DNA from: a virus
Direction: 5' to 3' (one strand)
Length of the DNA stretch: 64,000 bases
IMG/VR virus record: IMGVR_UViG_3300022745_000020
Coordinates: 1 to 64,000 of that record
Shown here: piece by piece, positions 46,751 to 57,464 of the stretch
How positions within the stretch are numbered: position 1 is the stretch's first letter
Layout: each line of letters begins with the position of its first letter
Program-made: the position numbers and the translations under genes
The notes under the pieces: model-generated
Told to the model about the DNA's origin: nothing
Databases searched by the model: none
The model's input: the letters and a program-made list of their open reading frames with translations, nothing else

Positions 46751-48904
46751 ATGCACCGTTTTCAATCCAGAGATGGACAGCCTTATAACTTCACCGATGG
46801 CTTAGTAATCAAAGATATCGATCTGTCTGGAGATCAGGGCTTTAAAGCCATCTCCATGAAGATCAAGTCCAGTGATGTAGCGCCCACTACGTTGTATGAC
46901 TGGATGAATGCCTATACCAGTAAGCATGTAGACAGCATATCGCCCTACGACAAAGGTGCTAAGGGGGATGGCTCTGCCGATGATGTGGCTTTACAGGCCT
47001 GGCTCGATGCCATCGGCACCGACACCCCTGGTGCTGGTAAGGTGGGCATACTCCCAGATGGGATCTTTCGCCACTACACCAAGCTCATCTTTAATAAGCA
47101 GTATTATTACATCAGGGGTGCTGGGGCACTGAATTCCATCCTCAAGGGACCTGGCTTTGCGCTCAAAGCCAACAAGCTCTATCTGAGCATCAACGCACAG
47201 GACTTCACAGTCGATACGACCGATCACCAGACTCAGGTGTCGTTTACGGGCAGCATCTCCGGCAACATCTTAACGGTCACCAGCGCCCCCACAGGACCCT
47301 TGACGGTTAATGCACGGCTGTCCATCCCCGTGGAGAGTGACTATACAAACATCTACATCACTGAGTTTGTCACCGGCACGGGTGGAGTGGGTACCTATCG
47401 CACGAACAAAATGGCCACGTCCACAGACAGTTATCCGGGTGGTACGACCTTCTTAGCCACCAGTGGACCATCGCCGATCGATGTCTCGGGCACTGCCCAG
47501 TATATCTTGAACTCCTCGTTCACAAACCTGACACTCAATGGCGTAGAGCACGCCATCACGTGCCCTAACTTCACCAACTCCATCCTCAACAACTGCTCAC
47601 TCAGCAGCAAGACACTGGCTCCTGCTTTGCTGTATATGCAAGGTGGTAGTGAATTGAGGAGAGTCCAAGTCGGTGCCATCCCCTCATCTATGCCCGGCTT
47701 TAGACTGTATGGGCGAGGTGTACTCAATGCCTGTCAGGGTGATACCTCTGTCGATACGACCAAGACCAATACGTTTTTTGCCATCGTGGGCTCTAACCCT
47801 CTGAGTAAGAATTACTCACGTGACTTACTCTCTAATTTAAATGACAGTCCCGATTTCATCTTTAACGATTGTCTCATCAGTAACTTCGCTCATGCCGGTA
47901 TCGTAGTAGATGGGGTGTGGCGGCGCATCGATGTCATCGGTGGGGGGTTTGATCGCACCTTGCGCACGGACAGCTATGGTGCGGCGATGATCTTCACTTG
48001 TGGCCCTGTCTCTGCTGGTGTCACATCAACATTTAACCCCAGTACTTTCAATATGGGCACTGGGACTTTGGTTGTTAGTTCCCTGTTTGATATGCCCGGT
48101 GCTAAGAGTGCGTATATCAACAAAAAGAAGAACGTCGGCAACACCTTCGATACCCATGTCATCGATCGATCTGGTTATGTACCAGTGGTCACTAATGAGG
48201 GCACCTATCAGCAAAGTATCGAAGCCTTTGGTGCGACCATCAGCTCCGATATTGGATCGGCTTATCAGATCAGCAGGTTCACTTCTCGTGTGAACCACAT
48301 CCAGGTCAATTGCTACATCTCTAAGGCTGCGGCGATTTCAGGCACCGCCGCTACACTGGACGTGACGGGTTACAGTAAAATCCTCCTCAGTGGGGCTGCG
48401 GGATCTAAGCTCAGTAAAGCTTCGTTTATTGATGCATCTAATGCAGAGTATGATGCAGCGGGTAAACCCATCGTAGCGAAATTTACAGGCGATATCACCA
48501 ATGGTACTGTGGGTGTGGCCGGCACGACACTGAACGTGACCTCATTGACTTCAGGCACCATCATGATCGGCACCGCCGTCATAGGTGCGGGAGTTGCTGC
48601 TAACACTTATGTGAGTGGCTATCTCACTGGCACGGGTGGAGTGGGTACCTATACAGTATCGATCTCTCAGCTGGCTAGCAGTGGCGGCAATACCTGGACA
48701 TGCTATCACCCCAATGGCAACGATACAGCGCGCAACGGTGAGCTGGTCATCGAGTTTGCTGATACGAATTGCAAGATCGCTCACTCTACCACAGGGGTAT
48801 ACACCTTCAGACTCACTGCTGGGGTGGACTATACACCTGCATATGCAGGAGCAGTAATCGCCTTCAGATGGTCTGAGACACTGCGACAGTTCGTGCAGCA
48901 ATAA
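46751..48904 (+). CDS. Tailspike / right-handed beta-helix (pectate-lyase-like) protein
   Basis: P.D.GAKGDG..DD.ALQA.LDA...G...LP.G.F motif followed by a long beta-rich region. Confidence 0.75.
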   Translation: MHRFQSRDGQPYNFTDGLVIKDIDLSGDQGFKAISMKIKSSDVAPTTLYDWMNAYTSKHVDSISPYDKGAKGDGSADDVALQAWLDAIGTDTPGAGKVGILPDGIFRHYTKLIFNKQYYYIRGAGALNSILKGPGFALKANKLYLSINAQDFTVDTTDHQTQVSFTGSISGNILTVTSAPTGPLTVNARLSIPVESDYTNIYITEFVTGTGGVGTYRTNKMATSTDSYPGGTTFLATSGPSPIDVSGTAQYILNSSFTNLTLNGVEHAITCPNFTNSILNNCSLSSKTLAPALLYMQGGSELRRVQVGAIPSSMPGFRLYGRGVLNACQGDTSVDTTKTNTFFAIVGSNPLSKNYSRDLLSNLNDSPDFIFNDCLISNFAHAGIVVDGVWRRIDVIGGGFDRTLRTDSYGAAMIFTCGPVSAGVTSTFNPSTFNMGTGTLVVSSLFDMPGAKSAYINKKKNVGNTFDTHVIDRSGYVPVVTNEGTYQQSIEAFGATISSDIGSAYQISRFTSRVNHIQVNCYISKAAAISGTAATLDVTGYSKILLSGAAGSKLSKASFIDASNAEYDAAGKPIVAKFTGDITNGTVGVAGTTLNVTSLTSGTIMIGTAVIGAGVAANTYVSGYLTGTGGVGTYTVSISQLASSGGNTWTCYHPNGNDTARNGELVIEFADTNCKIAHSTTGVYTFRLTAGVDYTPAYAGAVIAFRWSETLRQFVQQ

Positions 48905-48919
48905 CCCAAGCATATGCGC

Positions 48920-48957
48920 TCTACACCGATACAGGCAAGCCCCTGTATCGGTGTAGA
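48920..48957. terminator. Intergenic palindrome (CTACAC family)
   Basis: tctacaccgatacagg-caagcc-cctgtatcggtgtaga flanked by CATA/TATG. Confidence 0.75.
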
Positions 48958-49058
48958 CGTATGTATTTTTATAGCCGAATCATTTGAGCTATTGACCATT
49001 AGGGTGGATATGGAGCGTTTCCACATCCGTGATACCCATTTCTACAAAAGGAATCGCT

Positions 49059-50483
49059 ATGACTTATACACTGGACGTCACGGGTTCGTCCATCGAGAAT
49101 AAGATTCTCGGTGACAGCGTAAGCGTCACGCCGATCGCATCCGGGTATCAACGAGTGATCCCCCTGACAGGTCCGTTTTTTGAGCAAGATTGTGTGGTGA
49201 GATATACCCCAGTCAGTGGAGCTCGCCGTACACTGGTTAAGGATGTAGACTACTATCTGGGATACCCCTATATCGCTGCGAGTAATGCATGTAAGCTGGC
49301 TATATATGGAGCCATCGTACTCGTAGATCCATCTACAAATGGCACCATCACCTACAGCGTACAGACCCTCGGTGGTGACTATGAAATCACCAACACCAAG
49401 GTATCGCTCATCCTGACTGGAGAGACCAGAGACCCCACCATCACCAGCTGGGAGATGGTCAACACCGCCCGCAACTATGCGCTGGCTGTATTTCCGGTGG
49501 TGGATTATGCGTACACACGAGCCAGTAGTGTAGAGTTTCGAAAGATGGTGGATCTGCTCGATGAAGCAGGTTTGTCTATCCACCTGCGCCCGACATTTTT
49601 ACCTACACCTGGCGATACAGTCTATATCCCTACAGCTGCTGAGGTGGGCTTAGGTAACGTCAGCAACTACCGAACCGCCACCAGTGTCGAAGCTGCTGCT
49701 GGGCTGGCCGATAATTTGCTGGTGACTCCTGCGGGTGTACGGTCCTGTTTGGTGAATCAGCTGACCACCATGCTCAGTGCGATGGGGTATCAACTACCTA
49801 TCACTTATGCAGGCTCTCTGGTGGTGAGTAACAGCACTCAACTCTACACCTACGATGGTGACACGTACGCAGCACGCACAGGAACAACCCCGTTTACTAC
49901 GTCTGGATCGTTCGAGTATGACAAGTTCATGCTGGTCAACGCCACCAAGCGCGATAGCTGGGTGAGTCAGACTTACACCATCACGGGCACTGAGAGTAAA
50001 AACGCTCTGGGTGATACCATCATCCCCATCACTGCTGCAGTGATCAAGTGTGCTGTCAAGATCCGAGTGATCCTCAACAGCATCTGTGAGCTCGTGCGGG
50101 AAGTCGATGTCAAACTCGATGGAAATAACTTACTGGTCAACTACCCCCTATCGGTGGGTGACAGCATTTGCATCAAAATCAAGCAGCTCAAGAGTCGCGC
50201 CAGTGATGCCCGCAGTTACAGCAAGAGCTTTGCTGTGACTAATACAGCCACGTCCTATACACTGACCGATCTGCAGGGCATCAACCCCTCTGACTTGGAA
50301 GTCAGACTCAACGATGTATTCATCTTAGATGCCAACGTAGGGGATTATTCCATCAATGGTACTGCACTGTCGATCAATTTCCCCAAAGCCATCGGAGACA
50401 CGATTGAGGTGCAAGATATCGACTCCATCCCTCAGATAGGCATACAGTCTCTGCGCAGTATCACCTATAGTACTGTGGCGTAA
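49059..50483 (+). CDS. Virion/tail structural protein (phiKZ-family D.TG...N.I N-terminus)
   Basis: Y.LD.TG...NKI, IP..GPFF, L..DVDY, YG.I, QTLGG, VGLGNVSNY fibre motif. Confidence 0.7.
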   Translation: MTYTLDVTGSSIENKILGDSVSVTPIASGYQRVIPLTGPFFEQDCVVRYTPVSGARRTLVKDVDYYLGYPYIAASNACKLAIYGAIVLVDPSTNGTITYSVQTLGGDYEITNTKVSLILTGETRDPTITSWEMVNTARNYALAVFPVVDYAYTRASSVEFRKMVDLLDEAGLSIHLRPTFLPTPGDTVYIPTAAEVGLGNVSNYRTATSVEAAAGLADNLLVTPAGVRSCLVNQLTTMLSAMGYQLPITYAGSLVVSNSTQLYTYDGDTYAARTGTTPFTTSGSFEYDKFMLVNATKRDSWVSQTYTITGTESKNALGDTIIPITAAVIKCAVKIRVILNSICELVREVDVKLDGNNLLVNYPLSVGDSICIKIKQLKSRASDARSYSKSFAVTNTATSYTLTDLQGINPSDLEVRLNDVFILDANVGDYSINGTALSINFPKAIGDTIEVQDIDSIPQIGIQSLRSITYSTVA

Positions 50484-50526
50484 ATAGATAAACATCCAAC
50501 CGTAAAAGCCCAAGAGGATAGACGTT

Positions 50527-53500
50527 ATGCTCTCACTCACCACTATCAAGAAACTCAATCCGGTCGTAGCAGGCACAGCTGTGCCTGCTGGCACGACCGT
50601 CCCATCGGCTCAAATCTCTGATGCCACCACCGTTGGTAAAGCTCTGATCGTCGCGGCTGATACTGCTACGGCACGTACTACGCTAGAACTGGGCAGCGCT
50701 GCCCAGTCTAGTACCACGTCTTTTGATCCGGCAGGCACCTCCACATCGGTGATGTTCAGCCACACGGCGGCTGCTGACCCCCACGGGCAGTATTTGACCC
50801 AAGCTCGTGCAAACTTGCTGTACAACCCGCTGGGCTCATCTGGCACTGTGACAGCCAGCAGCATCACCGATGCTTCGTCTTTTGGCCGAGATCTGCTGAC
50901 TGCCACTTCTGTGGCTATACAGCGCACCAAGCTGGGCCTGGGCAGTGCTGCGCTGGCTGCCACTACCGATTTCGTGCCGGTGGCCACGGGCACTACCTTG
51001 GCTAATGCCGATATCGCCTCAGGTGTGCTCACGGGTAACAACCTCGTGCTCACCAAGGTCGGTGGTGGCACCATCACCATCGATGTGACCGCAGCAGTAG
51101 CCGATCTGCGAGTGACCAGTGGGGTGTATAACGCTGCTACGAAGGCGCTGGATTTCACGCTGTCTGATTCATCCAAGATCAGTGTGCCAGTGTCGGCTTT
51201 GTTGCCAGTGACGGTGGGTAACTCCATCACTGGAGATGGTGCTACCACGCCTTTGTCGGTGGCTTACTCTGCCGATAGTGGCAATACCGCCAAAGCAGGT
51301 ACCGATGGGAAGATCTTTGCATCGCCCACCAACCTGAGTGCGACGCCCAGTGCCACCACACTGACGCTGACCAGCTCTACGGGCTCTTCTGCCACGTTGC
51401 CATTGGCCACGGGCACCAATTCTGGTCTACTGGCTCCTGCTGATTTTACTAAGATCTCCGGTCTGCCCGCCACGACATCCGCGGCTGGCGCTAACCTAAT
51501 CACTCAGGCTACGACTACCTTGCAGCGCACTGCTCTGGGCCTGGGTAGTGCAGCTACACTCAATGCCACCACCCTGGTGCAGACTGTCAACTCCCGCACC
51601 CCAGATGGATCGGGTGATGTCAACACCCGTACGTTTACTTCTGGATCGGTCGGTGCTACTGCAGTGGTGATTGATCTGTCGCTCTATCTGCTCGTAGGTG
51701 CACCTCACACACTCAGTGTGACACCCGATGCAGGATGCTCTATCCAAGTCGAATCCAGCACGAACGGTGGCACTACGTACACCACGTATGCCACAGCCAC
51801 GAGCATGGCCGCATACCAGTACATGCTCCAGCCTGGTGAGACTGCAGTCACCCATATCCGACTGACTCGCACAGTGGGTACGTCCACTGCGAGCGTCTAC
51901 TCGGTCAGTGCAGGTTTGGACTTTGCACAATACCCAGCCGGTACGGTGGCTAACACTGTATCGTCCAATAGCATCACCGATGCCTCTCAGCTGGGTAAGG
52001 ATCTGATCACTGCAGCTACTGAAGCAGTAGGTCGCACCAAGTTGGGCTTGGGTACTGCTTCTACGCTGAACGCCACCTCCATCGTCCAGACGGTGAATTC
52101 ACTCACCCCGGATGTCAATGGCAATGTCGTCACTCGCACCTGGGAGACCAACAAGGTCGGCGCCAGTGCAGTGCTGATCAACTTGAATAACATCTTGCTG
52201 TTGGGAGCTCCTCACACTCTGGTGGTGTCTCCCGATACGGGATGTACGATCTTGATCGAATCCAGTACCGACAATGGTACTACCTACAGCACGATCGATA
52301 CGATCACGATCGAAAATTCCTATCGATATTCTGTACAGCCTGGTGAGAACCCTGTCACCCATATCCGCATCACTCGCACGGTAGGCACCAGTGTCAATAG
52401 CCTATACTACATCAGTGGAGGTGTGGACTATGCCCAGTATCCGTCTGGCACCATCGTCTCCTCTGGCGGTACTGGTAACCTGTCTGCCAGTACCAACTTC
52501 ACTCAAACCACCATCAACAATGCCACTGCAGCGGGCACTGCACTGTTGACCGCTACTGACCTGGCTGCACAAAAGACACTGTTGGGTATCACAGGTGGTA
52601 CGGGTCTGTCCGCAGGCACTAATCTGACTCAGGCTGTCGTCACCGCCACGACTGCCATCGGTGCAGATATCCTCCAGAACGCGACAGCTGTCGGCCAAAC
52701 TCTGGTGAAGTCAGCCACCGCTCAGGCTGCACTTAACACCATCGCAGGAGCAGTCACAGCTGCCAGATTCCTGCGCGGTGATGGCACTAACGTCACTCTG
52801 TCGGCTATCCAAGCCTCTGATGTACCGACTTTGAACCAGAGTACGACAGGCTCGGCTGCGACGCTGACGACTGCTCGCACCATCTCCGCCACAGGCGATG
52901 CCACTGGCTCTACCACATTCGACGGCAGTGCCAACGTCTCCATGGCACTGACTCTGGCTAACACCGCTGTCACTGCTGGATCGTACACCGCAGCGACCAT
53001 CACTGTCGATGGTAAGGGTCGCGTCACCGCGGCCTCATCTGGCTCCTATGCCAGTGCTGCACAAGGTACGTTGGCGGGCACAGCGTTACAGCCGGGCACC
53101 AACCTCACTCAGGCCGTAGTGACTGGCACCAGCTCCATCGGTGCAGACATCCTGCAAAATGCGACAGCCGTTGGTCAGACCATCGTCAAGTCCGCTACCG
53201 CTCAAGCTGCACTTAACACCATCGCTGGTGCGGTGACTGCAGGTCAATATCCCCGTGGCAATGGCACCAACGTGGTGATGTCTGCCATCCAAGCCGCAGA
53301 TGTCCCTACGCTTAATCAGAATACGACTGGTTCTGCCGCGAGCCTCACCACTGCTCGTAATATCTCAGCGACTGGTGATGGTAGCTGGACAGTGTCTTTC
53401 AACGGTAGTGCTGACGCTACCGCAGCTCTGACTTTGGCTACGACTGGCATCACCGCTGGCACTTATGCCGCACCCACTCTCACCTTGGATACCAAGGGTC

Positions 53501-54900
53501 GAGTCACTGGGGTCACAGCTCAGACCTATGTAAAGACCATCAACTCCACTGCGCCTGATGGTGCCGGTAACGTCGCGCTGACACAAGCGGCCTCTGGTGC
53601 TATCGGAGCTTCCGCTGTAGTCATCGCAGTAGCTACTTATAATCTCTCAGGTCAACCCCACGTTCTGACGATCACGCCCGATACGGGATGTACGATCACT
53701 GTAGAGTACAGCACCAACAGTGGCACGACTTATACGACTTACTCCACCATCACCAGCTATGCACGGTATCAGTATACGGTGCAGCCTAATGAGACAGCGG
53801 TCACGCATATTCGACTGACTCGCACAGTGGGTAGCTCCACAGCTTCGACTTACTCGTTAGCAGGGGGGGCTGCCGTAGCTCAGTATCCGGCTAATGCCAA
53901 CGTCTATCTGAAGGCCAGTGCCACTGTGCCTCAAACTGTCATCGATAACACCACCTCCATCGGTGCGGCTGTGATGCAAGCCACCACCGCTGCAGCAGCT
54001 CAAAGTGCGATCGGGCTGGGCTCTACACTGAGCACGACCACCTATATATTGGGTCAAAATAGTTTTGGTACTGTTGGGATTACTACAACTGCATCACTGT
54101 CTCTACCTGCTTATATCACCACCAACGGAGGCTACATCTACGTGGATGGTTGTGGCGGAGGCGGTGCGGGTGGAGGTGGGTCTACCGATTCAGGTGGCGG
54201 TGGCGGCGGTGGGTCACGCGGTGTCAGCATGGTGCCTATTTATATACCTGCGGGAATTTCTACTGTAGCTATCCAAGTAGGTGCGGGTGGCGCAGGGGGT
54301 ACTGGTGGCAGTGCAGGAGCTGGTACAGCTGGTACAGCTGGAACAGAAACCTATATCAAACTCACCAATAGCTCAGGGCCCTATTGTGCCCGTTTTGGTG
54401 GGGGTATCGGTGGTAGTGGTGGGTCATCCACTGCAGGCACTGGCGGTGCAGGTGCCACCAGTGCATCTCAGTTATTCGTAGGGGGTTCTGCCGGTACAGG
54501 TGCAGGTAACGGCGGTGCCGGTAACCCGATTGCGGGAGCTTTTAGCAGTGGTGATAACGTCGTCTCTGGTCGCACGCTCACTGGAGGTGGTGGTGGGGGT
54601 GGAGCGGGTGCTACAGCCACTACAGGTGGAGGTATCGGGGGATACTCGGTATCTCAGAACGGTGCAGGTGGCGCCGGTGCCGGCGCAGGCGGCGGTGGCG
54701 GTGCGGGCCCTTGGGGGCGCAGCAGCAACCTTCCATTTATAGGTTATATGGGTACTGCCGGTGCAGGTGGTGCCGGTGGCGCTTCCCCCACAGTTGGCGC
54801 CTCAGCAACCACCGACACTTTCGGTGGCGGTGGTGGTGGGGGTGGTAAGACCATGGCCGGCGGTAATGGTGGTGACGGTTTCCTTCGCATCCTGTTTTAA
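50527..54900 (+). CDS. Long tail fibre with internal repeats and C-terminal glycine-rich domain
   Basis: Ala/Thr/Gly-rich. LGLGSAA, DPHGQY and ITVD.KGRVT fibre motifs. Three ~120-aa repeats and one 160-aa tandem duplication. Confidence 0.85.
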   Translation: MLSLTTIKKLNPVVAGTAVPAGTTVPSAQISDATTVGKALIVAADTATARTTLELGSAAQSSTTSFDPAGTSTSVMFSHTAAADPHGQYLTQARANLLYNPLGSSGTVTASSITDASSFGRDLLTATSVAIQRTKLGLGSAALAATTDFVPVATGTTLANADIASGVLTGNNLVLTKVGGGTITIDVTAAVADLRVTSGVYNAATKALDFTLSDSSKISVPVSALLPVTVGNSITGDGATTPLSVAYSADSGNTAKAGTDGKIFASPTNLSATPSATTLTLTSSTGSSATLPLATGTNSGLLAPADFTKISGLPATTSAAGANLITQATTTLQRTALGLGSAATLNATTLVQTVNSRTPDGSGDVNTRTFTSGSVGATAVVIDLSLYLLVGAPHTLSVTPDAGCSIQVESSTNGGTTYTTYATATSMAAYQYMLQPGETAVTHIRLTRTVGTSTASVYSVSAGLDFAQYPAGTVANTVSSNSITDASQLGKDLITAATEAVGRTKLGLGTASTLNATSIVQTVNSLTPDVNGNVVTRTWETNKVGASAVLINLNNILLLGAPHTLVVSPDTGCTILIESSTDNGTTYSTIDTITIENSYRYSVQPGENPVTHIRITRTVGTSVNSLYYISGGVDYAQYPSGTIVSSGGTGNLSASTNFTQTTINNATAAGTALLTATDLAAQKTLLGITGGTGLSAGTNLTQAVVTATTAIGADILQNATAVGQTLVKSATAQAALNTIAGAVTAARFLRGDGTNVTLSAIQASDVPTLNQSTTGSAATLTTARTISATGDATGSTTFDGSANVSMALTLANTAVTAGSYTAATITVDGKGRVTAASSGSYASAAQGTLAGTALQPGTNLTQAVVTGTSSIGADILQNATAVGQTIVKSATAQAALNTIAGAVTAGQYPRGNGTNVVMSAIQAADVPTLNQNTTGSAASLTTARNISATGDGSWTVSFNGSADATAALTLATTGITAGTYAAPTLTLDTKGRVTGVTAQTYVKTINSTAPDGAGNVALTQAASGAIGASAVVIAVATYNLSGQPHVLTITPDTGCTITVEYSTNSGTTYTTYSTITSYARYQYTVQPNETAVTHIRLTRTVGSSTASTYSLAGGAAVAQYPANANVYLKASATVPQTVIDNTTSIGAAVMQATTAAAAQSAIGLGSTLSTTTYILGQNSFGTVGITTTASLSLPAYITTNGGYIYVDGCGGGGAGGGGSTDSGGGGGGGSRGVSMVPIYIPAGISTVAIQVGAGGAGGTGGSAGAGTAGTAGTETYIKLTNSSGPYCARFGGGIGGSGGSSTAGTGGAGATSASQLFVGGSAGTGAGNGGAGNPIAGAFSSGDNVVSGRTLTGGGGGGGAGATATTGGGIGGYSVSQNGAGGAGAGAGGGGGAGPWGRSSNLPFIGYMGTAGAGGAGGASPTVGASATTDTFGGGGGGGGKTMAGGNGGDGFLRILF

Positions 54901-54903
54901 ATC

Positions 54904-55824
54904 ATGGACAGACTACCTATTTTATCAGGTATGGTCTCTACCCGCTACGTTCTTGGTGTGACCAGTGGAACTACAGCGGGTGCTACTTTGCAGACCCAAT
55001 TGATACTACCTAGCTACTTTAGTGTATCGGGTGGTTATGTGTTAGTCACTGCCTCGGCTGGAGGTGGTGGGGGCTCAGGGGGATCCACCGATACTGGTGG
55101 AGGAGGCGGAGGTGGGGGTGAGGGATGTAACTATATGAGCGTTTACGTCCCAGCAGGCACCGCCAGTTTATATATCCAAGTCGGTAAGGGTGGGGCCTCC
55201 AGCGCCGGTAACTCTGCTGGTAACAGCATCGATGCCTCTCCTGGGGATGATACTTTTATCAGACTCAGCGATTATACTACTGGACCTTATATACTAAAGT
55301 TACGCGGTGGTCGCCCTGGTGGGGCAGCCACTGCGGGCGCTTCAGGTGGGAAAGGTGGCGATGCGGGAGGGTTATACGTTGTCCCAGAGCAGGTTTATTC
55401 AGGGGGAGGCGCTGGTACTACTGACTCTGGTGGTGCTGCCGGCGGTAACCTGCGCGAATTCTATATGAAAGGGTTTTTGCCCGGTGGCGGCGGAGGTGGG
55501 GGTTGCGGTACCGCCGGTGCATCCGGAGGTAATGGTAACGGTGCTACTGGTAACGGTGGTGGTGGGGGATCCGGTGCGGGCGCGGGGGGGGGGGGGGGGG
55601 GTAGTTTCTATTACAACGCCCCATGTATATCCTGTACCGCCAGCGGAGGTAATGGTCCAACAGGTGGTGCTGGTGGAGTCTCCCCCACTGCAGGCACAAA
55701 AGATGCAAATGCTCTTGGTGGAGGTGGAGGTGGTGGAGGAAAAGGTATGTCTGGAGCCTATGGCAACGACGGCTTTCTCATCATCGCCTATCCCGCTGGT
55801 TATCCAATTCAACAACCAATTTAA
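54904..55824 (+). CDS. Glycine-rich domain protein (adhesin-like) containing a G18 tract
   Basis: GGGGG blocks, YIQVG.GG, G.DGFLII.Y end. Paralogue of the fibre C-terminus. Confidence 0.8.
   Translation: MDRLPILSGMVSTRYVLGVTSGTTAGATLQTQLILPSYFSVSGGYVLVTASAGGGGGSGGSTDTGGGGGGGGEGCNYMSVYVPAGTASLYIQVGKGGASSAGNSAGNSIDASPGDDTFIRLSDYTTGPYILKLRGGRPGGAATAGASGGKGGDAGGLYVVPEQVYSGGGAGTTDSGGAAGGNLREFYMKGFLPGGGGGGGCGTAGASGGNGNGATGNGGGGGSGAGAGGGGGGSFYYNAPCISCTASGGNGPTGGAGGVSPTAGTKDANALGGGGGGGGKGMSGAYGNDGFLIIAYPAGYPIQQPI
55584..55601 (+). repeat. G18 homopolymer
   Basis: 18 consecutive G inside the CDS at 54904-55824. Confidence 0.9.
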
Positions 55825-55827
55825 ACC

Positions 55828-56295
55828 ATGTACACTCCAGGCATTAAAAATATTCAGTTTGGCCCCTTTGCTACAGCTGCAGCACTCCAGGCTAAATATC
55901 CCGCCACTCTCTATCCAGGCGCTGTCGCATTAGTGGGGTCTACCACCCCCTATGCTACATATCGCAGTGATGGGATGGTATGGCAACCACCAGCATTGCA
56001 GACGGACTCGTCTAATCTCTTAACGACCAGTCAAGGTTTAGTGATTGCTCAACTGGGCAGTGTCATCACTACAGGCACCTGGTATCGGGTGCCATCGATG
56101 TTTCGATTAGCAGTCACTGGTACAGGTACATTGACCCTAGATGGTCGTGATGTAGCTGGTACTATATCCACCTCGGTATACACCACTACCCTGACCAGTG
56201 CTACCAATCAAATCCTTTACCCGTTCTTGGGTATGAGTAATGCAGACCTGCGCCTGAATGTGACGTCAGGATCCTTAACTGTACAAGTGTGGTGA
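55828..56295 (+). CDS. Tail-associated protein with shared N-terminal module
   Basis: G.F.T...LQ..YPA..YPG..ALVG...PY..Y.SDG..W module shared with three downstream genes. Confidence 0.75.
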   Translation: MYTPGIKNIQFGPFATAAALQAKYPATLYPGAVALVGSTTPYATYRSDGMVWQPPALQTDSSNLLTTSQGLVIAQLGSVITTGTWYRVPSMFRLAVTGTGTLTLDGRDVAGTISTSVYTTTLTSATNQILYPFLGMSNADLRLNVTSGSLTVQVW

Positions 56296-56298
56296 GAT

Positions 56299-56595
56299 AT
56301 GTCCCAAGGTTACCCAGTCATGCCGCAAGACGGCACTTACAATAGCTATGTCAAAGTGACAGCTTTATCAACAGCGGTAAATTTACCATCTATCCCAGTG
56401 AATGTCCAATATGCGCTGATTCAGTGTGAAAACGGTGACGTGCGTTGGCGTGCCGATGGCACTGCCCCTACGACCACAGATGGCATGCTGATGCCAGCAG
56501 GCACTGAGCGTACATTTGACAGCGGCTCCATTAGTCGTCTACAGTTTATCCAGACGTCTGCTGCAGCCACCCTCCATGTTTCTTATTACACCTAA
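56299..56595 (+). CDS. Small beta-rich phage structural protein
   Basis: ALIQ.E..DVRWR.DGTAPT...GM motif. Confidence 0.7.
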   Translation: MSQGYPVMPQDGTYNSYVKVTALSTAVNLPSIPVNVQYALIQCENGDVRWRADGTAPTTTDGMLMPAGTERTFDSGSISRLQFIQTSAAATLHVSYYT

Positions 56596-56600
56596 AGCAT

Positions 56601-57464
56601 ATGCCAAATTCTACTTCAGTAATCGCATCTCGTAAACCCACTTCGCTGTTTCAGTTGGGTGGGGCTTCCGATGTATCTGGATCATTGGTGATACCTGCTA
56701 GCTGCAACCTAATTAAAGTCTGGGCTTGTGGCCCGGGTGGGGGTGGTGGAGGGGGGTACGCTGGAGCCACCGGTGGTGGGGGTGGTGGTGGCTCTGGTGG
56801 TCAAGCAGTCATCGGCCTGGAGATTCCAGTTGTACCTGGAGAGACACTCGCTTGGTCTGTAGGTGGGTGGGGTGCAGCTGGAGCTGCCGGCGCTGCTGGT
56901 GGATCTGGCTCAGCTAACACCTATCTATACAGATCAACTGGTGGATATTACCTCATGCGCTGTACGGCGGGGGCCGGTGGTGCAGTAGGGGCGGCTACGA
57001 AAGGTGGTAATGGAGGGACTGGGCCAGGGGATCTTTATATCTCCGGAGGTACTGGCAGCACTGACGCTAAAGGTGGTAGTGTGACCATAGGTTCATACAC
57101 CGCTCAAAACCTCATTGCATCGACAGCTATTCCATTTTTACTCGGTATGCCGGGCGCTGGTGGGACTTACTCATCTACTACTACAGCTTATACCGGAGGT
57201 GATAGTGGGGCATTGATCGGCTCTATGCCCTATGCCGCAGGTGGTAGCACGTCGGGTGTGGTGGGGGGTGGAGGAGGTGGTGCAGGTGGGTCTTGCTGGC
57301 CTAAAATCTATCCGTACTTTTCTGCAGCTGTGCTGGGTAATGGTGGAGCCGATGGTGTAGCCGGTGTATCTGCTACGAACTATGGCTTTGGGGGTGGTGG
57401 AGGTGGTCGTAATGCCGCCGGGGGCAGTGGCGGGCCCTCGTTTATCTACGTACTATACCTATGA
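56601..57464 (+). CDS. Glycine-rich domain protein
   Basis: IP...NLIKVWACGPGGGGGGG, IPV.PGE.L...VG, GGGGGG...GG.GG..FI.V.Y. Confidence 0.8.
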   Translation: MPNSTSVIASRKPTSLFQLGGASDVSGSLVIPASCNLIKVWACGPGGGGGGGYAGATGGGGGGGSGGQAVIGLEIPVVPGETLAWSVGGWGAAGAAGAAGGSGSANTYLYRSTGGYYLMRCTAGAGGAVGAATKGGNGGTGPGDLYISGGTGSTDAKGGSVTIGSYTAQNLIASTAIPFLLGMPGAGGTYSSTTTAYTGGDSGALIGSMPYAAGGSTSGVVGGGGGGAGGSCWPKIYPYFSAAVLGNGGADGVAGVSATNYGFGGGGGGRNAAGGSGGPSFIYVLYL

